Positions 53,272-64,000 of a stretch of DNA of 64,000 bases are shown piece after piece; positions within the stretch are counted from its first letter, which is position 1, and the number at the start of each line of letters is the position of its first letter. Under the pieces are notes generated by a model. The model had not been told where the DNA came from, searched no databases, and saw only the letters and a program-made list of their open reading frames with translations. Source of the stretch: Desulfosoma sp. (lineage in GTDB: Bacteria > Desulfobacterota > Syntrophobacteria > Syntrophobacterales > DSM-9756); NCBI GenBank assembly GCA_037481835.1, contig JBBFKW010000012.1, positions 93,505 through 157,504 on the forward strand, in the 5' to 3' direction. A program made the translations under genes and the position numbers.

Positions 53272-54579
53272 TTATCGGCGCCCTCGGATCCGCCCCGATT
53301 TTAGAAATCCCTCGTAATGGCGCGTCAGCATATGGGCTTCGATCTGCCCCACCGTGTCCATGGCCACGCCGACCACGATGAGCAGGGCCGTGCCGCCGAA
53401 GTAAAAAGGCACATTGAAATTACGGGTGAAGATACTCGGCAGGACGCACACAATGGACACATAGAGGGCCCCGCCCAGGGTAATGCGACTCAGGACTTTG
53501 TCGATGTATTCCGCCGTGGGCCTGCCGGGCCGAATGCCGGGAATGAACCCTCCATATTTTTTCATATTGTCCGCCACGTCCATGGGGTTGAAGACGATGG
53601 CGGTGTAGAAGTAGCAGAAGAAGATAATGAAACCCACGTAGAGCACTGTGTAGAGCCAGTGGCCGGGCATGAGCATTCTGGCGATGTTTTGCATCCACGG
53701 CACCTGGATGAAATTGGCCACCGTGGCCGGGAACATAATGATCGACGACGCGAAGATGGGCGGGATTACACCGGATGTGTTGATTTTCAGAGGAAGATGG
53801 GTGCTTTGCCCGCCGTACATGCGCCGCCCCACGACCCTCTTGGCGTACTGGACGGGAATCCGCCGTTGGCCCCGTTCCACATGGACGATGAAGCCCACGA
53901 CGGCCACCATGATGACGAGAAGAATGAGGGCCTTGAAGGCACTCATTTCCCCGGTCTGCATGAGCCTTAAGGTGTTTCCCACGGCGGTGGGCATCCCCGC
54001 GACAATGCCGGCGAAGATGATGAGGGAGATCCCGTTGCCGATGCCACGTTCCGTGATCTGTTCCCCCAGCCACATGATGAAGGCCGTTCCGGCCGTCAAG
54101 GTGATCACCGTGATGATGCGGAAAGCCCAACCAGGTGCGAGGACCACGGGTTCGCCGCCGGGTCCGGTCATGCCTTCCAAGCCGAAGGCGATCCCGAAGC
54201 CCTGGATGATGCTCAAGACCACTGTACCGTAGCGCGTGTACTGGGTGATCTTCTTCCGGCCCGCTTCCCCTTCCTTGCTCAGCCGCTCCAAGTGGGGAAT
54301 CACCACCGTGAGCAGCTGCAAGATGATGGACGAACTGATGTAGGGCATGATCCCCAGCGAGAAAACGGACAGCTGCTGCATGGCCCCACCGGAGAACATG
54401 TTGAATAGACCCAGGAGCGTCCCCTGGGCGGCGGCGAAGAAGGCGGCCAAAGCCTCCCGGTTGATGCCCGGTGTGGGCACGTGGACGCCGATCCGGTAGA
54501 CGGCCAAAAGGAGCAAGGTCGCGCCGATGCGCCGTTTCAGCTCGGGAATTTTACCGATGTTTTGGAAGCCCGTGAGCAC
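53272..54579 (-). CDS. secY: Preprotein translocase SecY
   Basis: [28 protein letters not shown]. Confidence 0.97.
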   Translation of the reverse strand: MLTGFQNIGKIPELKRRIGATLLLLAVYRIGVHVPTPGINREALAAFFAAAQGTLLGLFNMFSGGAMQQLSVFSLGIMPYISSSIILQLLTVVIPHLERLSKEGEAGRKKITQYTRYGTVVLSIIQGFGIAFGLEGMTGPGGEPVVLAPGWAFRIITVITLTAGTAFIMWLGEQITERGIGNGISLIIFAGIVAGMPTAVGNTLRLMQTGEMSAFKALILLVIMVAVVGFIVHVERGQRRIPVQYAKRVVGRRMYGGQSTHLPLKINTSGVIPPIFASSIIMFPATVANFIQVPWMQNIARMLMPGHWLYTVLYVGFIIFFCYFYTAIVFNPMDVADNMKKYGGFIPGIRPGRPTAEYIDKVLSRITLGGALYVSIVCVLPSIFTRNFNVPFYFGGTALLIVVGVAMDTVGQIEAHMLTRHYEGFLKSGRIRGRR

Positions 54580-54592
54580 CCGCGTGTTCCTC

Positions 54593-55036
54593 TCAGCTAA
54601 GGATTTCCACCGTCCCGCCGGCCGCTTCCACCTTGGCCACAGCCGAACCACTCGCCTTGTGGACGCGCACCGCCAAGGACACCTTCAGTTCCCCGTCTCC
54701 GAGAAGCTTGATGCCGTCGGCCTTCTTCTTGGCCAGTCCCGCCCGGATGAGTTCCTCGGGACCCACCTGGCTGCCCGCCTCGAAGCGATCCAGGTCCCCC
54801 ACATTGACCACGGCATAGACCTTGCGGAAGATGTTGTGGAATCCCCTTTTGGGGACACGGCGCTGCAGAGGCATCTGGCCGCCTTCGAACCACGGCACCA
54901 CGCCCCCGCCGGCTCGCGCTTTCTGCCCCTTATGACCCTTGCCCGCTGTCTTTCCCAGGCCGGATCCAGACCCTCGGCCGATGCGTTTGCGATCTTTTCG
55001 CGAACCGGCCGCCGGTTTCAATTCATTCAGTCGCAT
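54593..55036 (-). CDS. rplO: 50S ribosomal protein L15
   Basis: GRGSGSG.GKT, FEGGQMP. Confidence 0.96.
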   Translation of the reverse strand: MRLNELKPAAGSRKDRKRIGRGSGSGLGKTAGKGHKGQKARAGGGVVPWFEGGQMPLQRRVPKRGFHNIFRKVYAVVNVGDLDRFEAGSQVGPEELIRAGLAKKKADGIKLLGDGELKVSLAVRVHKASGSAVAKVEAAGGTVEILS

Positions 55037-55068
55037 GGCATTCACCCGTTCTCGTCGTCTCGTCCCGA

Positions 55069-55251
55069 TCAGGCTTCACTCACCTGAACCAAGTGATTGA
55101 CCTTCTTGATCGCGCCCACAACCGGAGGGATCGCGGGCAGCGTCACTTCCTTCTGCAGTCGCGTGAGCCCCAAGGCCTGAAGGATCTTTCGGTGCTTTTC
55201 AGGCCGCCCGATGGGGCTGCGCACCAGTTTGATGCGAATCATCTGCGCCAT
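55069..55251 (-). CDS. rpmD: 50S ribosomal protein L30
   Basis: RSPIG, ALGL, synteny. Confidence 0.93.
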   Translation of the reverse strand: MAQMIRIKLVRSPIGRPEKHRKILQALGLTRLQKEVTLPAIPPVVGAIKKVNHLVQVSEA

Positions 55252-55254
55252 GGA

Positions 55255-55770
55255 TCACCTCCCGGCTCCCTGCATCTTGGCTTCCGTCACATCCACCCCG
55301 CGTGTCTTGGCAATCCGCTCGGGACTCCTCAGGGCCTTCAATCCCGCTATGGTGGCTTTGACCACGTTGTGGGGATTGCGCGAGCCCAAGCACTTGGTGA
55401 GGACATCCGTCACCCCGGCCGCTTCCATAATGGCCCGCACCGCCCCGCCGGCGATCACCCCCGTTCCTGGAGAGGCGGGCTTCAGGACGACCGATGAGGC
55501 GCCAAACTTGCCCAACACCTCATGGGGCAATGTTCCCTGCACCAAGGGCACCTCGAACATCTCCCGCTTGGCGCCCTCCAACCCCTTGCGGATCGCCTCC
55601 GGCACTTCGTTGGCCTTGCCCAGGGAGAACCCCACACGGCCGTTGCCGTCCCCCACGATGACGATGGCGCTGAAAGAAAAACGCCGGCCGCCTTTGACCA
55701 CTTTGGCCACGCGGCTGATGTGGACGATTTTATCGATGTACTGCACGTCATGTGATTCGAGAGGTGCCAA
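55255..55770 (-). CDS. rpsE: 30S ribosomal protein S5
   Basis: [22 protein letters not shown]. Confidence 0.96.
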   Translation of the reverse strand: MAPLESHDVQYIDKIVHISRVAKVVKGGRRFSFSAIVIVGDGNGRVGFSLGKANEVPEAIRKGLEGAKREMFEVPLVQGTLPHEVLGKFGASSVVLKPASPGTGVIAGGAVRAIMEAAGVTDVLTKCLGSRNPHNVVKATIAGLKALRSPERIAKTRGVDVTEAKMQGAGR

Positions 55771-55798
55771 GATACGCCTCCTTGCCCGCCAGTGTCGG

Positions 55799-56170
55799 TC
55801 AGAATTCCAGTCCCGCGGCCCGCGCTCCGTCCGCCACGGCACGAATCCGCCCATGGTAGATGAAGCCGTTCCGATCGAACACCACTTTGGTGACCCCTTT
55901 GTCCAAGGCTTTCTTGGCCACGAGCTGGCCGACCCTTTCCGCAGCCCCCACCTTGCCCTTGACGGGATCTAGGGCCTTGAATTCGGGGGAAAGGGTCGAA
56001 GCCGCCGCCACCGTCATGCCCGTCGTGTCGTCGATGATCTGGGCATAGATGTGCTTGAGGCTTTTGTAGACCGTCAGTCGAGGCCGCTCGGGCGTGCCGT
56101 GGACCTTTGTGCGGATCCGCCGCTTGCGTTTCAGGCGCGCCGCCACGCTGGGATTCGTCTTGGAGCCCAT
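55799..56170 (-). CDS. rplR: 50S ribosomal protein L18
   Basis: RPRL, VVFDR..YHGR. Confidence 0.96.
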   Translation of the reverse strand: MGSKTNPSVAARLKRKRRIRTKVHGTPERPRLTVYKSLKHIYAQIIDDTTGMTVAAASTLSPEFKALDPVKGKVGAAERVGQLVAKKALDKGVTKVVFDRNGFIYHGRIRAVADGARAAGLEF

Positions 56171-56182
56171 TTTGTCCTTCCC

Positions 56183-56728
56183 CTATTTCTTCTTGGAACC
56201 GGTCTTGCCGGCTTTGCGCCGGACCCATTGGTTCGCGTATCGGATCCCTTTGCCCTTATAGGGTTCCACAGGGCGCAGGGCCTTGATGTTCGCCGCCGTC
56301 TGCCCCAACAATTCCTTATCGACGGCCTCCAACCGGATCACGGTCTGCTTTTCCACAGAGGCCTTGACTCCTTCGGGCAAAGGGAAACTCAACGGGTGTG
56401 AATGGCCCAAGGTGAAGTTCAGCACATTGTTGGCCACATCGCAGCGGTAGCCCACACCTTGGATTTCCAGCACCTTGGTGAAGCCCTGGCTCACCCCCGT
56501 GACCATGTTGTGGAGCAAAACCCGCATGAGCCCATGGAGGGACCGGGATCGGCGCTCATCGTCTTTACGGCGCACGAGGATTTGGCCGTTTTCCACGGCG
56601 ACGGTCACTTCCGCCGGAACGCGCCGCTCCAAAAGGCCCTTGGGTCCCTTCACGGTGACGAGGTCACCCTGAAGCATGACTTCCACCCCTTTGGGAATGG
56701 GGATGGGGTTCTTGCCGATGCGAGACAT
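56183..56728 (-). CDS. rplF: 50S ribosomal protein L6
   Basis: [16 protein letters not shown]. Confidence 0.97.
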   Translation of the reverse strand: MSRIGKNPIPIPKGVEVMLQGDLVTVKGPKGLLERRVPAEVTVAVENGQILVRRKDDERRSRSLHGLMRVLLHNMVTGVSQGFTKVLEIQGVGYRCDVANNVLNFTLGHSHPLSFPLPEGVKASVEKQTVIRLEAVDKELLGQTAANIKALRPVEPYKGKGIRYANQWVRRKAGKTGSKKK

Positions 56729-56750
56729 CTCACAACTCCTTTACCTGTGT

Positions 56751-57149
56751 TCACCACACGCTGCAGATCAGTTCTCCGCCCACGCCCGCTTGCCTCGCCT
56801 GCTTGTCGGTGAGGATACCCCGCGAGGTGGACAGGATGGCGATTCCCAGCCCGTTCAGGACCCGGGGGATGTCCTTGGATCCCACATAGATCCGCCGACT
56901 GGGCTTGCTGATCCGGCGCATGTCTCGAATGGCCGCCTCTCGGTCAGGCCCGTATTTCAGATGGATTCTCAGGACGCCCTGCTTGTTGTCCTTAATGAGC
57001 TTAAAATGCTTGATGTAGCCTTCCTCCTTGAGAATCCGAGCCAATTCCACCTTGATGCGCGAGGCCGGGACGTCCACCTTATCGAAGCGCGCCCGATGGG
57101 CGTTCTTGATGCGATTGAGAAAGTCGGCAATGGGGTCCGTCATCACCAT
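56751..57149 (-). CDS. rpsH: 30S ribosomal protein S8
   Basis: [16 protein letters not shown]. Confidence 0.96.
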   Translation of the reverse strand: MVMTDPIADFLNRIKNAHRARFDKVDVPASRIKVELARILKEEGYIKHFKLIKDNKQGVLRIHLKYGPDREAAIRDMRRISKPSRRIYVGSKDIPRVLNGLGIAILSTSRGILTDKQARQAGVGGELICSVW

Positions 57150-57178
57150 AAGAGGTTCTCTCCTTTTCCTTCCGGCTC

Positions 57179-57364
57179 TTACCAGCTGGACTTGACGACG
57201 CCGGGAAGCTCGCCGTTGAGAGCCATATTGCGGAAGCAGATCCGGCACATGCCGAATTTACGCAGATACGCACGCGGCCGTCCGCACAGCGGGCACCTGT
57301 TGTAAGCTCTCACCGCGAATTTGGGCTTTCTTTGGGCTTTTGCGATCATGGATTTCTTGGCCAA
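57179..57364 (-). CDS. rpsN: 30S ribosomal protein S14 (Zn type)
   Basis: CPLCGR...CRIC. Confidence 0.96.
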   Translation of the reverse strand: MAKKSMIAKAQRKPKFAVRAYNRCPLCGRPRAYLRKFGMCRICFRNMALNGELPGVVKSSW

Positions 57365-57390
57365 GGCTGCCTCCTTCTCACCCTTCCTCG

Positions 57391-57930
57391 CTACTTTCTG
57401 AACGGCATTCCCAACAGAGCCAACAGCTCGCGCGCTTCGTCGTCGGTTTGGGCCGTGGTCACGATGGTGATGTTCAGTCCCTTGATCTTATCGATCTTGT
57501 CGTAGTCGATTTCCGGAAAGATAATGTGTTCCCGAACCCCCAGCGTGTAATTGCCGCGCCCGTCAAAGGATTTGGGGGAAACGCCCCGAAAGTCCCGCAC
57601 CCGCGGCAGGGCGATGTTGACCAGCTTGTCGTAGAACTCGTACATGCGATCCCCGCGCAGGGTCACCATGCACCCGATGGGCATTCCCTTGCGCAGCTTG
57701 AAAGCCGCGATGCTCAGGCGCGCCCGCGTGATCACCGGCTTTTGGCCGCTGATCTGGGCGAGTTCATCCGATGCCGTTTCCAGGATCTTGACGTTCTGAA
57801 TCGCCTCCCCAAGGCCCATGTTGAGGACGATCTTCTGGAGCCTGGGGATCTGCATCGGGCTTTTGTATTGAAATTTTTCGGCCAGCTGCGGGGCCACTTC
57901 CTTGACGTACAACTCGCGCAAACGTGCCAT
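57391..57930 (-). CDS. rplE: 50S ribosomal protein L5
   Basis: [16 protein letters not shown]. Confidence 0.97.
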   Translation of the reverse strand: MARLRELYVKEVAPQLAEKFQYKSPMQIPRLQKIVLNMGLGEAIQNVKILETASDELAQISGQKPVITRARLSIAAFKLRKGMPIGCMVTLRGDRMYEFYDKLVNIALPRVRDFRGVSPKSFDGRGNYTLGVREHIIFPEIDYDKIDKIKGLNITIVTTAQTDDEARELLALLGMPFRK

Positions 57931-57962
57931 GAACGCCTCCACTCCGCCCGGAGCCGTGGACG

Positions 57963-58295
57963 TCAACCGTCGATGAGCTCGCCGCATTTCTTGCAGAATC
58001 GCACCTTGCGGCCGTCTTCCAGGTTCTTATAGCCCACACGGGTCGGATCTGTGCACTTGCTGCAAATGACCATGAGATTGGAAATGTGAATGGGTGCTTC
58101 CTTTTCCACAATTCCGCCTTGCCGGCTGTGGGCGCCGGGGCGCATGTGCCGCTTGACCATGTTGAGCTTTTCCACCACGGCCCGATCCTTCTTGGTCAGG
58201 ATCCGAAGCACTTTGCCCGACTTGCCCTTTTCCTTGCCGGCGATCACCATCACCGTGTCGTTCTTCTTGATGTGGTACTTTTTGCTGACAGCCAT
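57963..58295 (-). CDS. rplX: 50S ribosomal protein L24
   Basis: [16 protein letters not shown]. Confidence 0.96.
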   Translation of the reverse strand: MAVSKKYHIKKNDTVMVIAGKEKGKSGKVLRILTKKDRAVVEKLNMVKRHMRPGAHSRQGGIVEKEAPIHISNLMVICSKCTDPTRVGYKNLEDGRKVRFCKKCGELIDG

Positions 58296-58319
58296 TGGCG
58301 ACCTTCCCCACCCTTTTGC

Positions 58320-58688
58320 CTAAAGCACTTCCGGGGCCAGCGATACGATCTTCATAAACTGCTTGGCGCGAAGCTCACGGGCCACCGGGCCGAAAATGCG
58401 CGTCCCGATGGGTTCCTTGGCGGCGTTGATCAGGACGGCCGAATTGTCGTCGAACTTGATGTAGGATCCGTCCGGGCGCCGCACCTCTTTTTTGGTCCGC
58501 ACCACCACGGCCCGCATCACATCCCCCTTCTTCACCTTGGAATTGGGGATGGCTTCCTTGACGGACACCACGATGATGTCCCCTACCGTCGCATACCGCT
58601 TGCGGGTCCCCCCGAGGACTTTGATGCAGTAGAGACGCTTCGCCCCCGAGTTGTCTGCGGCGTTCAGTTGTGTTTCAGCCTGGATCAT
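58320..58688 (-). CDS. rplN: 50S ribosomal protein L14
   Basis: ADNSGA, SLAPEVL. Confidence 0.97.
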   Translation of the reverse strand: MIQAETQLNAADNSGAKRLYCIKVLGGTRKRYATVGDIIVVSVKEAIPNSKVKKGDVMRAVVVRTKKEVRRPDGSYIKFDDNSAVLINAAKEPIGTRIFGPVARELRAKQFMKIVSLAPEVL

Positions 58689-58755
58689 GATGGCCTCCCT
58701 TAACAGCCTTCACCCTATAAACCCCGAACCGGGCCCGCGGCCCTCGGGAGGTGTT

Positions 58756-59025
58756 CTAGACGGCGGCACGTTCCAAGATCTTGACGACCACCCAATGCTT
58801 CGTCTTGCTCAAAGGGCGGCTCTCTTCAATGAGCACCCGATCTCCCATGCGGCACTGATTTTCTTCGTCATGGGCCTTGAACTTGGTCCGTCGCCGCATG
58901 TACTTGCCGTACTTGGGGTGCTTGACGAGCCGCTCCACACGCACGACCACCGTTTTGTCCATACGGTCGCTGACCACGGTGCCGACGCGGGTCTTTCTCC
59001 TTGTTGTCCGCTCTTCCATGGGCAT
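58756..59025 (-). CDS. rpsQ: 30S ribosomal protein S17
   Basis: MDKT, RPLSKTK. Confidence 0.96.
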   Translation of the reverse strand: MPMEERTTRRKTRVGTVVSDRMDKTVVVRVERLVKHPKYGKYMRRRTKFKAHDEENQCRMGDRVLIEESRPLSKTKHWVVVKILERAAV

Positions 59026-59030
59026 GCCTC

Positions 59031-59227
59031 TTACGCCTCACCGACTTTTTGCTTTTCGTGCAACACGGTCAGCACCCTGGCGATGTCCCGCTTGTGGCGT
59101 TTCAGCTGCGCCGTGTTCTCCAGTTGGCCCGTGGCGTGCCGAAACTTCAGGTTGAACAGCGATTCGCGCAGTTCCGCCAGTTTCTGCCGCAATTCGTCCA
59201 CACTCATGTCACGCAAGGTCGCTGCTT

Positions 59228-59231
<4 letters not shown>
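59031..59231 (-). CDS. rpmC: 50S ribosomal protein L29
   Basis: LFNLKF..ATGQLEN, IARVLT. Confidence 0.95.
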
Positions 59232-59644
<413 letters not shown>

Positions 59645-59732
59645 GAATCGTCTCCTCGACGCTGACCCGCAGGGCCCCGCCTTTTACGGGACGCCCCTTT
59701 TGACCCGAGCCCCCGCAAAAGGCCCGCCGCCC

Positions 59733-60359
59733 TTACGGAAGCACTTCCCCTTTGAAGATCCAAACCTTCACGCCGATGACCCCGTAAGTCGTCCGGGCCA
59801 CGGCCACAGCATAGTCGATGTCGGCTCGAAGCGTGTGGAGAGGGACACGACCTTCGCGATACCATTCCCGCCGAGCCATTTCCGCCCCCCCCAGCCGTCC
59901 GGCGCACGCCACACGAATGCCCTTGGCGCCGAACTTCAAAGCAGAGGTCACCGCGCGTTTCATGGCCCGACGAAAGGCGACCCGCCGTTCCAGCTGCAAG
60001 GCGATGTTTTCCGCCACCAGAACCGCGTCCAGTTCGGGGCGTCGCACTTCCTGGATGTCAATCAGGATCTCCCGGGAAAATTTCTTTTCCAGCTCCCGGC
60101 GCAAGGCCTCGATTTCCGCCCCTTTCTTGCCGATCACAATGCCGGGGCGGGCCGTATGGATGCGGATCTTGGCCTTGTTGGCAGCCCTTTCGATTTCCAC
60201 CTTGGCGATGCCGGCATGGTACAGTCGCTTCTTGATGAAATCGCGAATCTTTCGGTCTTCATAAGCCAGCTTGGCGTAATCCTTGGACGCGAACCATTTG
60301 GAATCCCAGGTCCGGATGACGCCGAGACGAAAACCTTTTGGATTGACCTTCTGTCCCAA
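59733..60359 (-). CDS. rpsC: 30S ribosomal protein S3
   Basis: [20 protein letters not shown]. Confidence 0.97.
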   Translation of the reverse strand: MGQKVNPKGFRLGVIRTWDSKWFASKDYAKLAYEDRKIRDFIKKRLYHAGIAKVEIERAANKAKIRIHTARPGIVIGKKGAEIEALRRELEKKFSREILIDIQEVRRPELDAVLVAENIALQLERRVAFRRAMKRAVTSALKFGAKGIRVACAGRLGGAEMARREWYREGRVPLHTLRADIDYAVAVARTTYGVIGVKVWIFKGEVLP

Positions 60360-60390
60360 TCTCCACCTCCGAGGTCCTATGACAAACCGA

Positions 60391-60726
60391 TTACTTTTCG
60401 CCGAGAACCACCGTGATATGGCTCGTGCGTTTCAAAATCCGGGTCGCCCGGCCCATGGCCCGAGGCCTCCACCGTTTCAGCCGCGGCCCTTCATTCACGT
60501 AGACTTCCTTGATGTAAAGGCCGTCCATATCCATGGTCTTGGTGTTTTCCGCGTTGGCCATGGCGGAACGCAGCGTCTTGGAAAGCAACCGTGCCCCCTT
60601 TTTGGGGGTGTACTTCAAAATGGTCAAAGCTTCGCCCACGCCCTTGCTGCGGACGAGGTCGGCCACCAAGCGCGCCTTGCGCGGAGAGATGCGCAGGTAT
60701 TTGGAAACCGCTCTCACTTCCATCAC
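60391..60726 (-). CDS. rplV: 50S ribosomal protein L22
   Basis: SPRKAR, RAMGRA..KRTSHI. Confidence 0.96.
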   Translation of the reverse strand: MMEVRAVSKYLRISPRKARLVADLVRSKGVGEALTILKYTPKKGARLLSKTLRSAMANAENTKTMDMDGLYIKEVYVNEGPRLKRWRPRAMGRATRILKRTSHITVVLGEK

Positions 60727-61010
60727 TTTTTCCCCTTGACCTTGGACTTCTTATCCCCGGCATGGCCGTAGAAGGTTCGCGTGGGCGAAAATTCACCCAG
60801 CTTATGGCCCACCATGTTTTCCGTGATAAAGACGGGTATGAACTTCTTGCCGTTGTGCACGGCGATGGTCAGCCCCACGAAATCGGGAAGAATGGTGGAG
60901 CGCCGAGACCATGTCTTGATCACCTTTCGGTCCCCGGTCTCCTTGGCTGTGAGCACCTTCTTCACCAGGTGATCGTCCACAAAGGGTCCCTTTCTTAACG
61001 AGCGAGGCAC
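60723..61010 (-). CDS. rpsS: 30S ribosomal protein S19
   Basis: TWSRRS, GHKLGEF. Confidence 0.97.
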   Translation of the reverse strand: MPRSLRKGPFVDDHLVKKVLTAKETGDRKVIKTWSRRSTILPDFVGLTIAVHNGKKFIPVFITENMVGHKLGEFSPTRTFYGHAGDKKSKVKGKK

Positions 61011-61025
61011 CTTACCCTCCTTACG

Positions 61026-61850
61026 CTATGACTTGCGGCGTCGCACGATGAGCCGATCGCTGTTCTTGGCCTTGCGCGTCCGATATCCCTTGGTGGGCTT
61101 GCCCCACGGCGTGCACGGATGGCGCCCGCCGGAACTGCGCCCTTCACCGCCACCCATGGGATGGTCCACGGGGTTCATGGCCACACCACGCACATGGGGG
61201 CGACGACCCAGCCAGCGGCTCCGCCCGGCTTTACCGAGGCTGATGTTTTCGTGATCAATGTTTCCCACCTGGCCGATGGTCGCCTTGCATCGCGCCAAGA
61301 CCATGCGCATTTCGCCCGACGGCAGCCGCAGTGTGGCGTAACGGCCTTCCTTGGCCATGAGCTGGGCGCCAGCTCCGGCCGATCGGGCCAATTGCCCGCC
61401 CTTGCCGGGAATCATTTCCACGTTGTGGACCACGGTGCCCAAGGGGATGTTTTCCAGAGGCAGGCAGTTGCCCGGCTTCACATCCGCATCCCGTCCCGTC
61501 AGCACAGTGTCGCCCACTTGCAGGCCCAAGGGAGCCAGGATGTAGCGCTTTTCGCCGTCCACGTAGTGGAGGAGAGCGATGCGCGCTGACCGGTTGGGAT
61601 CGTACTCGATGGCCGCCACCTTGGCCGGCACCCCGTCCTTGTCCCGCTTAAAGTCGATGATTCGATAGAGCCTCTTGTGGCCGCCTCCGCGATGCCGCGC
61701 CGTCACACGGCCGTAGTTGTTGCGACCGCCCTTTTTCTTGAGCGGCTCCACGAGACTCTTTTCCGGCTCCTTCTTCGTGACTTCCTCAAAGGTCGGATAG
61801 GTCACGAACCGGGTTCCGGCGCTCCGCGGTTTGACTTTCCTGATGCCCAT
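61026..61850 (-). CDS. rplB: 50S ribosomal protein L2
   Basis: [20 protein letters not shown]. Confidence 0.98.
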   Translation of the reverse strand: MGIRKVKPRSAGTRFVTYPTFEEVTKKEPEKSLVEPLKKKGGRNNYGRVTARHRGGGHKRLYRIIDFKRDKDGVPAKVAAIEYDPNRSARIALLHYVDGEKRYILAPLGLQVGDTVLTGRDADVKPGNCLPLENIPLGTVVHNVEMIPGKGGQLARSAGAGAQLMAKEGRYATLRLPSGEMRMVLARCKATIGQVGNIDHENISLGKAGRSRWLGRRPHVRGVAMNPVDHPMGGGEGRSSGGRHPCTPWGKPTKGYRTRKAKNSDRLIVRRRKS

Positions 61851-61929
61851 GACTCACCCTCATCCCGGTCCCCGGCCGATCGCCGCGCCGCTCGCGCGGG
61901 TTCCGTCGCCCGAGGCCCCTGTCGCCTGC

Positions 61930-62226
61930 TTAGACGCCTTCGAAAAACTCGACCTTCTGGCCGGGCTTGATCGTCACAACGGCCTTCTTCCAATCGGGTG
62001 TGCGGATCGTGTGGCGCCCAACCCGCTTGTTATGGCCCTTCACCGTCAGGGTGCGCACTTCCAACACGTCCACCTTGAAGATCTTCTCCACGGCCTCTTT
62101 GATCTCGATCTTGTTGGCCCGGCGATCCACCTCGAAATGGAGCTTGTTGTGCTGCTCCTTGTCCAGGGTGCTCTTTTCCGTGATCAAGGGGCGCTTCAAT
62201 ATGGAATAGGTTTTGTCCCGCATCAC
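61930..62226 (-). CDS. rplW: 50S ribosomal protein L23
   Basis: PLITEKS, WKKA. Confidence 0.96.
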   Translation of the reverse strand: MMRDKTYSILKRPLITEKSTLDKEQHNKLHFEVDRRANKIEIKEAVEKIFKVDVLEVRTLTVKGHNKRVGRHTIRTPDWKKAVVTIKPGQKVEFFEGV

Positions 62227-62843
62227 CCCAAGGACTCCTCTATTTTGGAAACGGTGTCTTTGGTCAGGACCACATTTCCATGTTTGAGCATGTCGAAAAC
62301 GTTCAGGCCTTCACAGCGCAGCACCTTCACGTTGGGGATGTTGCGCGCTGATTTTTCCACGATCTCGTCCCTTCCGGCGATGACCACGAGAGGCTTCTGG
62401 AGTTCGAAGCGCTGCATCCACGCATGGAAGTTTTTGGTCTTGATCTCCGGAAAGCTCAGCTGATCCACCACCAGCAAGGCCTGTTCGCGCAGCTTCTGGC
62501 TTAGGACCACCTTAAGCGCCAGGCGCCGCACCTTTTTCGGGACCCGCATTTCATAAGATCGGGGTTGAGGCCCGTGAATCGTACCGCCGCCCCGCCACAG
62601 AGGGGACCGGGAGGTGCCGGCTCGAGCCCGCCCCGTGCCTTTTTGCCGCCAAGGTTTCTTGCCGCCGCCGGAAACCTCGCTGCGGCCCTTGGTTTTGACC
62701 GTTCCCCGGCGACGCTTGGCCAGTTGGTACAACACGACCTCATGGACCACATGGGGGTTGGCCGGGACGTCGAAAATGTCGTCGCGAAGCTCCATCTGCC
62801 CCACGACCTGTCGATTCATGTCGAAGATTTCCACCGTTGGCAT
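62223..62843 (-). CDS. rplD: 50S ribosomal protein L4
   Basis: [12 protein letters not shown]. Confidence 0.97.
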   Translation of the reverse strand: MPTVEIFDMNRQVVGQMELRDDIFDVPANPHVVHEVVLYQLAKRRRGTVKTKGRSEVSGGGKKPWRQKGTGRARAGTSRSPLWRGGGTIHGPQPRSYEMRVPKKVRRLALKVVLSQKLREQALLVVDQLSFPEIKTKNFHAWMQRFELQKPLVVIAGRDEIVEKSARNIPNVKVLRCEGLNVFDMLKHGNVVLTKDTVSKIEESLG

Positions 62844-62884
62844 GTTGTGTTCCCTCTCGTCCTCCACTCACCGGGGCGCGGGCG

Positions 62885-63517
62885 TCATCGAACCCGATTG
62901 GTCTTGCGGATCATGAGGAAGCCGTTGATGCCCCCGGGCACGGCCCCTTTGATCAAAAGGAGATTCTCTTCGGGTCGCACGTCGACGATTTTCAGATTCA
63001 GCACGGTGGCCCGCTTGTTGCCTTTTTGGCCCGCCATCTTCTTGCCCTTGATGACGCGACCCGGAAAAGTGGCGCATCCGGTGGAACCCGGTTCACGAAT
63101 GTTCTTGCATCCGTGCGTCACCGGACCGCGGCTGAAACCCCAGCGCTTGACGGTTCCGGCAAAGCCCTTGCCCTTGCTGATCCCCGTCACATCCACCCGG
63201 TCTCCGATAAGAAACACACCGGTGTCCAGCACCTGGCCCGGTTGGAACTCATCGGGATTCTCGACACGCACCTCCCTCAAAATCCGGAAGTACCCTTTCC
63301 CCACCTTGTCCAAATGACCCTTCAGGGGGCGCGTGACCTTGCTTTCCTTCTTTTCCCCGAAGCCGATCTGCACGGCGCTGTAGCCGTCCCGTGCGGGAAC
63401 TTTGACCTGGGTGACGACACACGGACCGGCCTGGACCACCGTCACGGGAACCACGCTCCCGTCTTCGGCGAAGACCTGTGTCATCCCGAGCTTGCGTCCT
63501 AACAATGCCTTCACCAT
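62885..63517 (-). CDS. rplC: 50S ribosomal protein L3
   Basis: [20 protein letters not shown]. Confidence 0.97.
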   Translation of the reverse strand: MVKALLGRKLGMTQVFAEDGSVVPVTVVQAGPCVVTQVKVPARDGYSAVQIGFGEKKESKVTRPLKGHLDKVGKGYFRILREVRVENPDEFQPGQVLDTGVFLIGDRVDVTGISKGKGFAGTVKRWGFSRGPVTHGCKNIREPGSTGCATFPGRVIKGKKMAGQKGNKRATVLNLKIVDVRPEENLLLIKGAVPGGINGFLMIRKTNRVR

Positions 63518-63560
63518 TTTCTCAGCTCTCTCGGTCTGGGCTCTCCCACTTGAAGCGGCC

Positions 63561-63869
63561 TTACAGTTTGATTTCCACATCGACCCCGGCGGACAGATCC
63601 AGCTTCATGAGGGAATCCACCGTCTGCTGGGTCGGCTCCAGGATGTCCACCAAACGCTTGTGGACACGGATCTCAAACTGCTCCCTGGACTTCTTGTCGA
63701 TATGGACGGACCGCAGCACCGTATAGCGGTGGATTTTCGTCGGCAAAGGAATGGGGCCGGCCACGTGGGCCCCCGTTTTCTTGGCCGTATTGACGATTTC
63801 TGCGGCCGCCTGGTCAAGAAGCTTGTGGTCGTAGGCTTTCAAGCGGATGCGTATTCTCTGATTCATCAT
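63561..63869 (-). CDS. rpsJ: 30S ribosomal protein S10
   Basis: [21 protein letters not shown]. Confidence 0.97.
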   Translation of the reverse strand: MMNQRIRIRLKAYDHKLLDQAAAEIVNTAKKTGAHVAGPIPLPTKIHRYTVLRSVHIDKKSREQFEIRVHKRLVDILEPTQQTVDSLMKLDLSAGVDVEIKL

Positions 63870-63945
63870 GGCGTCTGTTCCCATAACTTGGGTCCCCGCC
63901 GGTCACACGCGGTCGGGGACCCCAAGGCTTTCGTGACGTTGGCCT

Positions 63946-64000
63946 TTACTCGATGATATCGGTGACCACGCCGGCGCCCACGGTGCGCCCGCCTTCCCGA
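63946..64000 (-). CDS. tuf: Elongation factor Tu, 3' end (partial)
   Basis: REGGRTVGAGVVTDIIE-stop. Confidence 0.95.
   Translation of the reverse strand, partial: REGGRTVGAGVVTDIIE

Overview
High-GC bacterial chromosome segment; the gene content (HdrA/MvhD, sigma-54 regulators, beta-oxidation, Sec recoding) suggests an anaerobic deltaproteobacterium/Desulfobacterota member (inference). 1-8.6 kb: housekeeping and cofactor genes (Nif3 end, Zn-ribbon protein, prs, NCS2 permease, NUDIX, fdhD, cysteine desulfurase, GNAT, LysM-amidase, methyltransferase). 8.7-15.8 kb: a glutamate module (PPDK-N-only protein and gdh, divergent from a stand-alone FMN glutamate-synthase subunit and ferredoxin behind an ANTAR-like attenuator, plus an ATPase-fold/XRE/cupin regulator). 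17.2-20.4 kb: orphan gspG, a cobalamin-riboswitch-controlled RiPP pair (cbpA precursor and cbpB radical SAM/SPASM), hsp20. 20.5-26.4 kb: operon of a hydrogenase-maturation protease, an HTH-fused HdrD-like protein, a selenocysteine HdrA (in-frame UGA plus SECIS, split by the ORF track) and mvhD. 26.5-40 kb: signalling and chemotaxis block (a kinase with an in-frame TAG, a truncated kinase remnant, an MCP with an extracytoplasmic CZB domain, a sigma-54 activator with three candidate enhancer sites, cheW with a sigma-28 promoter). 40.2-48.3 kb: tRNA-His, K+ channel, thiolase/crotonase/acyl-CoA dehydrogenase, divergent bS21 and second EF-G, REP elements and a MITE. 48.3-64 kb: canonical S10-spc-alpha ribosomal superoperon ending in the 3' end of tuf. 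No CRISPR, rRNA or intact transposase seen. All family calls are by eye from motifs, not from database searches.
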